A DNA stretch of 64,000 nucleotides from Chthoniobacterales bacterium (GTDB taxonomy: Bacteria > Verrucomicrobiota > Verrucomicrobiia > Chthoniobacterales > UBA10450), in assembly GCA_036493915.1 (NCBI GenBank), contig DASXPA010000247.1, positions 6,085 to 70,084 of the forward strand. The letters run 5' to 3'. The first letter of the stretch is position 1, and every line of letters begins with the position of its first letter. Of this stretch, positions 39,993-49,148 are shown piece after piece. Made by a program: the position numbers and the translations under genes. Below the pieces are notes generated by a model. That model was not told the DNA's origin. It saw only the letters and a program-made list of their open reading frames with translations, and did no database searches.

Positions 39993-41306
39993 TTATTTCT
40001 TCACCGCGTCGACTTTCGGCGCGGTTTGTTGCGCGTAAATCATCACGCCTTTGAGAGCGTCGATCCCGCGCATGAGTTGCCGGTCCTGGCTCTTGATGAT
40101 CGAGACCGCTTCTTCCGGCGTGATCTTGTCATTGTTACGCAATGCCGCGACGGCGCGCTCCTCCGCGAGAGTGAGCGGGACGCGGATGTTCGGCACGACG
40201 CCGTTGCCTTGAATGACCTGCCGACTCGGGGTGAAATATTTCGCGGTTGTGAAGCGTAAGGCCGACCCGTCCGGCAGCTGCATCACATTTTGCACCGAAC
40301 CTTTCCCGAATGTGGTCTCGCCGACGATGATCGCGCGGTGCAAATCTTTGAGCGCGCCAGCGACAATTTCCGACCCGCTCGCACTCCCTTCGTTCACCAA
40401 AACGACGAGCGGAAAATGCGGCCGCTCCTTCACCCCGACCGACGTCGAATAATCGTGCTTCTGCGAATAGGCGCGGCCCTGAGTCGAGACGACTTTGGTG
40501 TTCGGCGGCAGGAATTGCCCGAGCACATCGACGGCGCTGTTGAGCAGGCCGCCGGGATTATTGCGGAGGTCGAGAACGAGCGCCTGCATCCCCTGCTTCT
40601 GCAGATCGTCGAGCGTCTTGCCGAATTCGGCCGCGGTCGGCTCGTTGAATTGCACAATCCGGACGTAGCCGACTTTGTAAGGCCCGGTCAGCTCCGGTGA
40701 AAGGAGACGCGCGCCTTTCACGCTCTGCACTTTGATCTCCTTGCGCTGGAGGGCGAAATCTTTGATCTCGTGGTTGGACGGTCGGAGGATCGTGAGGGTG
40801 ACTTTCTGATCCGGTTTGCCGCGCAAAACATCGACCGCATCCTCGAGGTCGAGTTTTTCGGTGGAGATGCCGTTGATTTTCAAAATCTCGTCGCCCGCGA
40901 GGATACCCGCCTTCGCCGCCGGCGTGCCTTCCATTGGCGTCACCACAGTGAGCACACCGTCCTTCATCGCCACCTCAACGCCGAGGCCGTTGAAACGACT
41001 GCGGGTGTCGTTCTGCATGTCCTTGAAATCATCCGGGTCCATAAACTGACTGTGCGGATCGAGCGAGGAGAGCATGCCCTTCATCGCCGCGGAAAGGAGA
41101 TCGTGATAGCTCACCTTGTCGCCATCGACGTAATCCTGCCGGATCAACTCGATCGCCCTCGCGAAATTCCCGATCTCGGCGTAGCCGTTGTCGTCGGTGT
41201 TTGGCGGCGGGGTGGGATCGGCGGCACGAGCGGATCGGGCCGGGACAGCGAGCAAAAGTCCGGCAAGCAAAGGCAGCAAAGTGCGGACGAGCGAGAGGCG
41301 CTTCAT
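39993..41306 (-). CDS. carboxyl-terminal processing protease (S41 family) with PDZ domain
   Basis: Start at MKRLSLVRTLLPLLAGL (signal peptide). PDZ (GTPAAKAGILAGDEILKING). S41 core (DLRNNPGGLL, NEGSASGSEIVAGAL, TFGKGSVQ). Confidence 0.9.
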   Translation of the reverse strand: MKRLSLVRTLLPLLAGLLLAVPARSARAADPTPPPNTDDNGYAEIGNFARAIELIRQDYVDGDKVSYHDLLSAAMKGMLSSLDPHSQFMDPDDFKDMQNDTRSRFNGLGVEVAMKDGVLTVVTPMEGTPAAKAGILAGDEILKINGISTEKLDLEDAVDVLRGKPDQKVTLTILRPSNHEIKDFALQRKEIKVQSVKGARLLSPELTGPYKVGYVRIVQFNEPTAAEFGKTLDDLQKQGMQALVLDLRNNPGGLLNSAVDVLGQFLPPNTKVVSTQGRAYSQKHDYSTSVGVKERPHFPLVVLVNEGSASGSEIVAGALKDLHRAIIVGETTFGKGSVQNVMQLPDGSALRFTTAKYFTPSRQVIQGNGVVPNIRVPLTLAEERAVAALRNNDKITPEEAVSIIKSQDRQLMRGIDALKGVMIYAQQTAPKVDAVKK

Positions 41307-41374
41307 AATTGTGATACTTGGACGCAAACAACGGAAAGGTCGTTCATTCTCCGATTTTTGCCAACCGCCCCGGC

Positions 41375-43183
41375 ATGACAGCCTCGGCATCCGCTCCTAC
41401 ACTGCGCCCTGTGAAAGCGATCGGCCGCGTGCTTTATCTTCTTCTCTTTTCGTTAGGCACGACCCTGCTGGCCGCGCCCACGCCTACTCCCGGCAAAGGC
41501 GACGAAGCCTTCGATAAACTGGCGCTCGAATTCATCGGCGGCTATCTCGCCGCCCGCCCGCTCGCCGCCGTCGCCCTCGGTCTGCACCAATACGACGGCC
41601 AAATTAGCGACTACACCCGGCTCGCGATCGACGCCGAGATCGAGCGACTGAAACGTTACCAGACAGCATTCGAAAAAATGGACCCCCAGCAGTTGAGCAA
41701 GCGCGCCGATATCGACCGGCGAGTCCTTCTGGCCGCGATCCATGGCGAGCTGGCGCAGTATCTCGACATGGCCGTCTTCGAGAAGAATCCGATGACCTAC
41801 GCGCAGGCCCTCAACGTCAACATCTACATCAAGCGCGACTTCAAATCGCTCGACGACCGCGTCCGCGACATCGTCATGATTGAAGACCAGGCCGCGAACA
41901 TCATGACCGCGGCGAAGACGAATCTTGCAGACGTTTTGCCGAAGCCGTTCGTCGAACTGGCGATCGAAATCGCGAATGACTCTGCGGATTTTCTCGAAAA
42001 GGATCTCGTCGCGGCTCTGAAAGGGCTGGACGACGAGCCGCTGCACGCGGCATTCGACGATTCCAACAAAAAGGCTGCGGCGGCACTGCGCGATTATGCG
42101 AACTGGCTCAAGAAGGAAAAGCTGCCAAAAGCCACGGCGGACTTCGCGCTCGGGCCGGAAAAGCTCCGCCGATTGATCGCGGGCAGTGAGCTGGTCGATC
42201 TGCCGCCGGAGAAAATCCTCGCCCTCGGTCTGCAGCAGCTCAAGGAGGAACAAACGGTCTTCGCCGCCGCCGCCAAAATTATCGATCCAAAGAAGAAAGC
42301 GATCGACGTTTTCAAAGAAATCCAAAACGAACACCCGAAGCCCGGCGAGCTGATTCCCGATGTCGCGAAAGACCTCGATCAGATTCGACGGTTCGTGCTC
42401 GATCATCACATCGTCGGCATCCCGTCCGATGTGCGCCCGAAGGTAGCGGAGACGCCGCAGTTCGATCGCGCAACTACCTTTGCCTCGATGGACACACCCG
42501 GGCCGTTCGAGCAAAAGGCGACGCAGGCCTACTACTATGTCACGCCGACGGAGAGGAATTGGACGGAGAAGCAGAAGAACGAGTGGCTGACGTCATTTAA
42601 CTTTTACACCGCCGACGTCGTTTCCATCCACGAGGCTTATCCGGGGCATTATGTGCAGTTTTTGCACCTCAACGCCTCGGGCGCGAGCAAGGTCGAAAAG
42701 GTTTTCGCCAGCTACTCCTACGTCGAAGGCTGGGCGCATTACTGCGAACAAATGATGCTCGACGAAGGCTACGGCAGCGTGCCGGATCCGACCCCCGAGC
42801 AGAAGGTGCGCGCCGCGAAATATCGCATGGCGCAGGCGGACGAAGCGCTCCTCCGTCTCTGCCGGCTGTGCGTGTCGATCAAGATGCACACGCAGGGAAT
42901 GTCGGTCGCCGACGCTGCGAAATTTTTCCACGAGAACTGCTACTACGAAGAGAAACCTTCCATGACTGAAGCGATGCGCGGGACCTTCGATCCCGGCTAT
43001 CTCAACTACACCTTGGGCAAACTCGAAATCCTCAAGCTGCGCGCCGATTACAAGAAGCAGGAGGGCGCCAACTTTTCCCTCGAAAAATTCCACAATGAAA
43101 TGCTCAGCCACGGCGCGCCGCCGATCCGATTGTTGCGCGAGATCCTGCTCAAAGATCCGAAGCAGTGGGACGCGGTGCTGTAG
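41375..43183 (+). CDS. DUF885-family protein (putative metallopeptidase fold), secreted
   Basis: Start at MTASASAPTL...LLFSLGTTLLAAP. HEAYPGHYVQ motif and overall DUF885 layout. Confidence 0.75.
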   Translation: MTASASAPTLRPVKAIGRVLYLLLFSLGTTLLAAPTPTPGKGDEAFDKLALEFIGGYLAARPLAAVALGLHQYDGQISDYTRLAIDAEIERLKRYQTAFEKMDPQQLSKRADIDRRVLLAAIHGELAQYLDMAVFEKNPMTYAQALNVNIYIKRDFKSLDDRVRDIVMIEDQAANIMTAAKTNLADVLPKPFVELAIEIANDSADFLEKDLVAALKGLDDEPLHAAFDDSNKKAAAALRDYANWLKKEKLPKATADFALGPEKLRRLIAGSELVDLPPEKILALGLQQLKEEQTVFAAAAKIIDPKKKAIDVFKEIQNEHPKPGELIPDVAKDLDQIRRFVLDHHIVGIPSDVRPKVAETPQFDRATTFASMDTPGPFEQKATQAYYYVTPTERNWTEKQKNEWLTSFNFYTADVVSIHEAYPGHYVQFLHLNASGASKVEKVFASYSYVEGWAHYCEQMMLDEGYGSVPDPTPEQKVRAAKYRMAQADEALLRLCRLCVSIKMHTQGMSVADAAKFFHENCYYEEKPSMTEAMRGTFDPGYLNYTLGKLEILKLRADYKKQEGANFSLEKFHNEMLSHGAPPIRLLREILLKDPKQWDAVL

Positions 43184-43267
43184 CGAGGAGGTTCGAACGG
43201 TATCGTTGGAGTGGCCACTGTCTCAGCGGCTCCTCATGCCCCAAGTGACCGACTCCTGTTAACCTCG

Positions 43268-43362
43268 CTCATCGGATCAAGCAGGGAAGCACGAGAGAAA
43301 AGAATGGCGGACAAAATGCCTCCACCAAATCGGTTTCCTGCGTTCCTGCACGATTCTGAGAG
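43268..43362. repeat. degenerate copy of palindromic element family 4
   Basis: Contains TTCCTGCGTTCCTGC (43335-43349), identical to 36758-36772. The opposing arm GCAGGGAAGCACGAG is partially complementary. Lies in the convergent spacer, ending flush with the trxA stop. Confidence 0.45.
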
Positions 43363-43704
43363 CTACACGGTCGTTGTCTCCCCGGCGAGCGCTTCCAGTT
43401 TCTCGACGACCGCCTTTTTCGCCGCGACGCCGACGATCTGATCGCGCAGCTCGCCGCCTTTGAAGAAGAGCAACGCCGGCACGCCGCGGATATTGAAGCG
43501 CTGCATGAGTGCGGGATCGTCGTCGATGTTTACCTTCGCGATGCGAAAGCGATCCCCGCTTTCCTTCGCAATTTCCTCGAGGACAGGCGCGATCATTTTG
43601 CACGGGCCGCACCAGGCGGCCCAGAAATCGACCAGCACCGGCAGGGGCGATTTGAGGACCGCCTTTTCAAAGCTGGCTTCGTTGATATTGATGGGTTCGT
43701 TCAT
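43363..43704 (-). CDS. trxA: thioredoxin
   Basis: 113 aa with active site WAAWCGPCK. Confidence 0.95.
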   Translation of the reverse strand: MNEPININEASFEKAVLKSPLPVLVDFWAAWCGPCKMIAPVLEEIAKESGDRFRIAKVNIDDDPALMQRFNIRGVPALLFFKGGELRDQIVGVAAKKAVVEKLEALAGETTTV

Positions 43705-43706
43705 AG

Positions 43707-44723
43707 TTATTCTTTCGTTAGGCGCGTCTTGCGCCTTGGCAGCGGCGGCAACTCGCGCGGCACGACCATGGCGAAGCGCTTTTCCGTTCCACGCAGGAAC
43801 ATGATCGGCGAAGGCACGCCAATTTCCGCCGCGACCAACCGCTTCTGCAAATCGTCGATCGTCGCGATGACGTTCCCTTTGAAGCCGACGATGGTGTCGT
43901 TAGGCTGCAATCCAGCGAGCGCCGCCGGGCTGACTGCATCGACTTCCATCACGAGCACGCCCCGATCGGCAGCGAGTTTGTGGAAACGGACAACGCGCGG
44001 ATGGAGCCGCACGTTTTGTCCGGCAACGCCGATAGAGCTGCGCCGAACGCAGCCTTCTTTGATCAGCCAGCCGGCGACGAAATGCGCGGTATTGCTCCCG
44101 ATCGCGAAACAAATCCCCTGCGCCGGCAGAATGACGGCGGTATTCACACCGATCACCTCACCCGCGCTATTGAGAAGCGGGCCGCCCGAGTTTCCTGGAT
44201 TCAGCGCCGCATCGGTCTGGATAATTTCGTCCATCAGCCGGCCCGATTCGGAGCGCATCGAACGCCCAAGCGCGCTCACGATTCCTGCCGTCACCGTCTG
44301 CTGAAATCCATAGGGCGAACCGACCGCAATCGCGATTTGCCCGACCCGGATGGCAGCTGAATCGGCGAGGCGGGCGTGCTGAATGCCTGGCGCATCAATC
44401 CGCACGACGCCGAGATCCGTCTCGGGATCGGTCCCGATCAGTTCCGCCGGATAAACGCGGCCATCGTGCAGCGTCACTTCAAGCTCACGCGCGCCGTGGA
44501 CGACGTGGCTGTTCGTCAGGACAAATCCGTCGCGTGCAATGATGAAACCGGAGCCACCACCAGGGCCACGTTCCGTGCTTTGTACGCGAATGTTAACTAC
44601 GCTCGGCGCGACGCGATTAACCACGGCGGCGACCGTCTGCGAATAAGCGTCGAGCAGGTTGCCATCACCACGCGGCACCGGCGGTGGTGGCGTGTGCTCG
44701 AGAAAATCCTCCGTCGTTACCAC
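43707..44723 (-). CDS. HtrA/DegP-like trypsin-fold serine protease with one PDZ domain
   Basis: 338 aa. Catalytic triad context (TNSHVV, D..DLGVVRI, GNSGGPLL). GTG start overlapping the SDR stop by 7 nt. Confidence 0.85.
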   Translation of the reverse strand: MVTTEDFLEHTPPPPVPRGDGNLLDAYSQTVAAVVNRVAPSVVNIRVQSTERGPGGGSGFIIARDGFVLTNSHVVHGARELEVTLHDGRVYPAELIGTDPETDLGVVRIDAPGIQHARLADSAAIRVGQIAIAVGSPYGFQQTVTAGIVSALGRSMRSESGRLMDEIIQTDAALNPGNSGGPLLNSAGEVIGVNTAVILPAQGICFAIGSNTAHFVAGWLIKEGCVRRSSIGVAGQNVRLHPRVVRFHKLAADRGVLVMEVDAVSPAALAGLQPNDTIVGFKGNVIATIDDLQKRLVAAEIGVPSPIMFLRGTEKRFAMVVPRELPPLPRRKTRLTKE

Positions 44724-45448
44724 GGCAACGCCTCGCCTTTGTGTTGGTAGGAACCGTTCGGGCCGTCCGGGCCGATGGTCGCGAGTGCGACGCTAGTCTT
44801 TGCGCCCTCCGGGATTTCGATCTGCGCTCCTTCGCCGCCCATGTCGGTTTTCACCCAACCCGGATGTGCGGCGTTCACTTTCACCTTCGTGTCTTTCAAT
44901 TCATAGGCGAGCTGCACGGTGTAGGCGTTGACCGCCGATTTCGAAACGTTATAGGCCGCGACTTTGTTGTCGTAAATCGGCGAGCCAGGTTTCGCATGGA
45001 GCGTGATTGAGCCGAGAATGCTCGAGAGATTGACGATGCGTCCAGCGTCGCTTTTGCGGAGCAACGGGAGAAACGCCTGCGTTGTTTCAATCAAACCAAA
45101 GAGATTAGTGTCGAAGGTTTTTCGCCAGGTCTCGAGCGACTGCTCGCTCACCTGTTTGTCGTGGTCGTCAAGCATGACGCCGGCATTGTTCACGAGGATA
45201 TCGAGCTTCCCGAAATCCTTCTCCACCTGCGCGGCGGCTTTGCGAATGCTCTCCGATTTGCTCACGTCGATTTCGAGAGGGCGCGCTTTGAGGCCTTCCT
45301 TGCGTAGTTCGGCGGCGGCTTCCTCGCCCTTTCTGAGATCGCGTGCGCCGACGAGGACGGTGATGTTTTTCTGCGCGATCTGCCGCGCGGTTTCGAGACC
45401 AATCCCTTTGTTTGCGCCTGTAATTAATGCAACTTTGTCTGTGCTCAT
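44717..45448 (-). CDS. short-chain dehydrogenase/reductase (SDR)
   Basis: 243 aa. TGANKGIGLE cofactor motif, NNAG, and YNVSK catalytic motif. Confidence 0.9.
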   Translation of the reverse strand: MSTDKVALITGANKGIGLETARQIAQKNITVLVGARDLRKGEEAAAELRKEGLKARPLEIDVSKSESIRKAAAQVEKDFGKLDILVNNAGVMLDDHDKQVSEQSLETWRKTFDTNLFGLIETTQAFLPLLRKSDAGRIVNLSSILGSITLHAKPGSPIYDNKVAAYNVSKSAVNAYTVQLAYELKDTKVKVNAAHPGWVKTDMGGEGAQIEIPEGAKTSVALATIGPDGPNGSYQHKGEALPW

Positions 45449-45495
45449 TTCTGGAATAGTATTTCTGTAATAAATACGATTACATTTAAGTCGTA

Positions 45496-45933
45496 ATGGT
45501 CAACCAACAATTTACCTTCGCCGTTCACATCATGACGATGCTGGCCTTTGCCGGCGAGAAGCTCGATTCGCGAAAGCTCGCCGCGAGCGTCAACACCAAC
45601 CCGGTGGTCGTGCGGCGACTTTTGCAGGCGTTGCGGCGCGCCGGTCTGGTCGCGACGGCGGCCGGAAGACATGGGGGTTCTCGCCTAACGAAAGGCGCCG
45701 CGCGCATTTCGCTCCTTGAGATTTACGATGCGGTCGAACCGCGGCCGGTGATCGCGATCAATCGACGCCAGGCAGCGCGCACTTGCGTGGTCAGCTGCAA
45801 CATGAAGGACATCATGTCGTGCGTCGCGGAAGGAGCGGAAGGCGCCGTGCGCCGTCATCTCCGCGGGATCAATTTGCAGCAGCTGTTGCGCAAAGTGAAA
45901 ACGAAACCGGCAAGGACTGCGCGCGCTCGTTAG
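45496..45933 (+). CDS. Rrf2-family transcriptional regulator
   Basis: 145 aa. N-terminal wHTH pattern FTFAVHIMTMLA...SRKLAASVNTNPVVVRRLLQALRRAGLV. Divergent from the SDR gene. Confidence 0.8.
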   Translation: MVNQQFTFAVHIMTMLAFAGEKLDSRKLAASVNTNPVVVRRLLQALRRAGLVATAAGRHGGSRLTKGAARISLLEIYDAVEPRPVIAINRRQAARTCVVSCNMKDIMSCVAEGAEGAVRRHLRGINLQQLLRKVKTKPARTARAR

Positions 45934-45935
45934 GG
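45927..45935. repeat. copy of the abundant word (TCGTTAGGG) providing overlapping stop codons for two convergent genes
   Basis: TAG at 45931-45933 ends the Rrf2 gene. The complement of 45930-45932 (TAA) ends rmuC. Confidence 0.9.
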
Positions 45936-47375
45936 CGTTTGTCCGTTCTCGTGCTCCAGGCGCGGAAGCAACTCGGGCGCCTGCAATTCACGGGCAATTT
46001 GTTCGACCGGTCCGAGGTCTTCAATTTCGACGCCGAGCGGCGCAGCGCCGAGGTCGCGGAATTTTCGCGCGCTCACGAGCACGCGGCTCTCGATGTTGCC
46101 GGCCGCTTTGTTGAAAGCTTCCACCGAGCTGTTCAAGCTTTTCCCGAGTTTGCCGAAGTGGATCGAGAGATCGGCGAAGCGTTTGTAGAGTTCACTCCCG
46201 AGCTGGCTGATCTCGCGCGCGTTTTGCGCCACTTTTTCCTGCCGCCAGCCATAACAGACCGCACGTAAGAGTGCGATCAGCGTCGTCGGGGTGGCGAGGA
46301 TGATCTTTTTCTCGGCCCCGAATTCGATCAGCATTGGATCGCGCTCGAGCGCAGCGCTGAAAAACATTTCACCCGGCAGAAAAAGGATGACAAAATCCGG
46401 CGCGCTCTCGAACTGTTCCCAATAGGCCTTGCGCGAGAGTTTCTCGATGTGCATGCGAACCTGCGCCGCGTGTTGTTCCAAGCGCGAAACGCGGCCGTGG
46501 TCGTCCGGCGCTTCCAAGGCCTCGAGGTAGGCATTGATCGATGCTTTCGCATCGACCACGATCGTTTTGCCGGCCGGCAGGCGCACGATCAGGTCCGGCC
46601 GCAATCTGCCCTCTTCCGTCTGCACGCTCGTTTGCTCAAGGAAATCGCAATGGTCGACCATCCCGGCGATCTCGACCACACGCCGCAGTTGAATTTCTCC
46701 CCAACGCCCGCGCACGATCGGCGAACGCAGGGCGCGAACGAGATTGCTCGTTTCGGAGCGAAGATAATTTTGCGTTTCTGCGAGGAGGCGGACCTGCGTG
46801 GTCAGCGCTTCGTAGGCGCCGCTGCGTGCTTTCTCGAGATCGTTGATCTTCGCGTCTACTTTTTCGAGTGATTCGCGCATCGGCCTGACGAGCGCGTCGA
46901 TCGCACCCTGGCGTTTCTCCAGATCGCCCTTCGCCCCTTCGTGGGTTGTTTCCAAGGTCGACTTTGCGAGTTCCAGGAACGAGGTGTTGTTGTTCCGCAA
47001 CGCTTCGGCCGAAAGCGCCTTGAAGGCATCGGCAAAATGTGTTTGCGCCTCGTCGAGGACGGCGAGCTTTTCAGTCATCGCTTTACGCTCCTGTTCCAAC
47101 TGCGATTCCAAAGTAGCGATGCGCACGGCGGTCTTCGCCTCGCGTTCGCGGGAAGTCCGTACTTCTTCTTCCAACTCGGGGATGCGGGAGCTTCTCTCCT
47201 GCGACCCGGCGAGCAGTTGCGAGAGCTCGCTGATCTGTGTGTCCTTCGTGGACTGACATTCGGCGACGGCGAGTTCGCCCTGATGGCGGAAAAGCAGGGC
47301 AGTGATTCCCCATCCAAGCAGAGCACCGAGGATCGCAGCGGCCGCGACTATGAGGTAAACAACGGTTGTAGTCAC
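45930..47375 (-). CDS. rmuC: DNA recombination protein RmuC
   Basis: 481 aa. N-terminal TM helix, long coiled coil, C-terminal RmuC nuclease-like domain (RGRWGEIQLRRVVE...PDLIVRLP...VVDAK...FLPGE). GTG start. Confidence 0.85.
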   Translation of the reverse strand: MTTTVVYLIVAAAAILGALLGWGITALLFRHQGELAVAECQSTKDTQISELSQLLAGSQERSSRIPELEEEVRTSREREAKTAVRIATLESQLEQERKAMTEKLAVLDEAQTHFADAFKALSAEALRNNNTSFLELAKSTLETTHEGAKGDLEKRQGAIDALVRPMRESLEKVDAKINDLEKARSGAYEALTTQVRLLAETQNYLRSETSNLVRALRSPIVRGRWGEIQLRRVVEIAGMVDHCDFLEQTSVQTEEGRLRPDLIVRLPAGKTIVVDAKASINAYLEALEAPDDHGRVSRLEQHAAQVRMHIEKLSRKAYWEQFESAPDFVILFLPGEMFFSAALERDPMLIEFGAEKKIILATPTTLIALLRAVCYGWRQEKVAQNAREISQLGSELYKRFADLSIHFGKLGKSLNSSVEAFNKAAGNIESRVLVSARKFRDLGAAPLGVEIEDLGPVEQIARELQAPELLPRLEHENGQTP

Positions 47376-47513
47376 TAAAGAAGAGTCTCGAATTGACGAA
47401 GGCTCTTACGCTAGCAGAGCGAGCCCGCCGTCGCCAGCTTCCCGCGGTGTCTCCGGATTTCCGCTTGTCAACGAGGCACGCCTGTGGGACTTTCACCGAC
47501 TTTTCCCAAGGCT

Positions 47514-47873
47514 ATGGCTTACGCAATTATCAAAACAGGCGGCCGTCAATATCGCGTCGCAGAAGGCGATACGATCGACGTCGATCTTCTCGCAGGTGAA
47601 GCGGGCGCGAAGATGACTTTCGAAGATGTCCTCCTCCACGCCGATGGGGAAAATCTGACTCACGGCAGCCCGTCGGTCTCCGGCGCCAGCGTCTCTGGTG
47701 AAGTCGTCGAGCAACGCAAAGATAAGAAGGTCATCGCCTTCAAATATCGCCGGCGGAAAGGTTATCACCGTACCGTCGGCCACCGCCGTAAACTCACCCG
47801 CGTAAAAATCACCGGCATCGCGCTTGGCTCGAAAAAAAAGGCCGCGAAAAGCGAAGCGGCCGCCGCAGAATAA
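47514..47873 (+). CDS. rplU: 50S ribosomal protein L21
   Basis: MAYAIIKTGGRQYRVAEGD...KVIAFKYRRRKGYHRTVGHRR, with a Lys/Ala-rich C-terminal extension. Internal Met of ORF 47484..47873. Confidence 0.95.
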   Translation: MAYAIIKTGGRQYRVAEGDTIDVDLLAGEAGAKMTFEDVLLHADGENLTHGSPSVSGASVSGEVVEQRKDKKVIAFKYRRRKGYHRTVGHRRKLTRVKITGIALGSKKKAAKSEAAAAE

Positions 47874-47912
47874 GTCCCTCAACTTTCAAGGCTGAACTCT
47901 CAACTTTTCCCA

Positions 47913-48176
47913 ATGGCTCACAAAAAAGGACAAGGCAGCGTCAAGAACGGTCGCGATAGCGTCAGCAAGCGGCTAGGCGTGAAAAAATTTGGCAGCGAAT
48001 CGGTCGTCGCGGGCAACATCATCATCCGCCAGCGCGGAACGAAGTTTCTTCCTGGGAAAAACGTCGGCCTCGGGCGCGATTACACCATCTTCGCTTTGGT
48101 CGACGGTCAGGTGCGTTTCGATCGCGCTGGTCGACGTGTGAATGTGGTCCCCGCCGAGACCGCATCCGCTAGTTAG
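47913..48176 (+). CDS. rpmA: 50S ribosomal protein L27
   Basis: [27 protein letters not shown]...[25 protein letters not shown]. Confidence 0.95.
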   Translation: MAHKKGQGSVKNGRDSVSKRLGVKKFGSESVVAGNIIIRQRGTKFLPGKNVGLGRDYTIFALVDGQVRFDRAGRRVNVVPAETASAS

Positions 48177-48313
48177 CTCAGACAGCAAACTGGACACGCC
48201 GGAGCACGTCCAGGCTCCGGAGCTTGAGCTGCCGTCGCCAGGTAAATCTTCGCGAGCCGCTCAGGCTTTTCCGGATTGTCTCGAGGCCTTCTTTCGTCTA
48301 TAACGCCCTTCCC

Positions 48314-48913
48314 ATGAAATATCACACCTACGTTCTTTTCGGCGCCCCCGGCAGTGGCAAGGGAACGCAAGGCCGCTCCCTCGGTTCCATCCCACGTTTC
48401 TTTCATTGTGCTTGCGGCGATGTTTTCCGCACCCTCGATACTCGCACGAAAGTCGGCCGCGCCTTTCTCGAATACTCCAGCAAAGGCCAGCTCGTGCCGG
48501 ACGAGATCACGGTCGAGCTCTGGCGGGCGCACATCGACGCCGCGGTCGAAGCGCACGAGTTCAAACCCGACATCGACGTTCTCGTGCTCGACGGCATCCC
48601 GCGCAATGTCGGCCAGGCGAAGATCATGGATACGATGATCGACGTGCAGAAAGTTTTCCACCTTTCCTGCCCGAACCGAGACGCCCTTTTCACCCGGCTG
48701 AAAAAGCGCGCTCTCAAAGACAACCGCCTCGACGACGCCAATGAAGAAGTGATCAAACGCCGTCTTCAGACCTACGAGACCGAATCCAAGCCGGTGCTCG
48801 AACATTACCGCGATCGGGTGCAGCTTGTGGACGCGACGGAATCTCCCGCGAAGGTGTTGTTTCACATCCTCGGGACGGTCGCAAATGGGAACCATGAGTC
48901 AGCAGCAGTTTGA
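48314..48913 (+). CDS. adk: adenylate kinase (short-lid type)
   Basis: Start at MKYHTYVLFGAPGSGKGTQG (P-loop). LVPDEIT, LDGIPRNVGQA, and RLDDANEEVIKRRLQTY motifs. Confidence 0.8.
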   Translation: MKYHTYVLFGAPGSGKGTQGRSLGSIPRFFHCACGDVFRTLDTRTKVGRAFLEYSSKGQLVPDEITVELWRAHIDAAVEAHEFKPDIDVLVLDGIPRNVGQAKIMDTMIDVQKVFHLSCPNRDALFTRLKKRALKDNRLDDANEEVIKRRLQTYETESKPVLEHYRDRVQLVDATESPAKVLFHILGTVANGNHESAAV

Positions 48914-49142
48914 AAATTTCACCGCCTCCAGCCTTTATTGCGAGAAATGCAAAGCCGCGATGCCGGTGCGGGAACGACTTCTCTTAGTCCTGCCCGATCG
49001 CGAGCTCTACGATTATCTTTGCACCGGCTGTGCTTCTTCGGTCGGCCAGCGCGAAGTCACTGCCGGCGACAAATTGATGGCGCGTGCCGCGGCGCCGCGA
49101 CGCCCGCGCCGAGCGATCGCGCCCGGCGGGGTCGTACCCTGA
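48885..49142 (+). CDS. small Cys-pair (zinc-ribbon-like) protein, function unknown
   Basis: About 82-85 aa (start 48885 or 48894). YCEKCKAAMPV...YLCTGCASS, then an Arg/Pro-rich tail. Overlaps the adk 3' end by 20-29 nt and ends 6 nt before fmt. Confidence 0.45.
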   Translation: MGTMSQQQFENFTASSLYCEKCKAAMPVRERLLLVLPDRELYDYLCTGCASSVGQREVTAGDKLMARAAAPRRPRRAIAPGGVVP

Positions 49143-49148
49143 CGCGGA

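Noticed and set aside
2034-49119. HIP1-like palindrome GCGATCGC. I found 9 copies, at 2034, 17166, 18605, 24165, 30759, 34481, 35068, 36364 and 49112. The CGATCG core is very common.
   Set aside because: The enrichment is only modest (my rough expectation is about 2). It is plausibly a by-product of favoured codons (GCG-ATC-GC, GAT-CGN, TCG-ATC) in GC-rich genes, and far weaker than the TCGTTAGGC signal.
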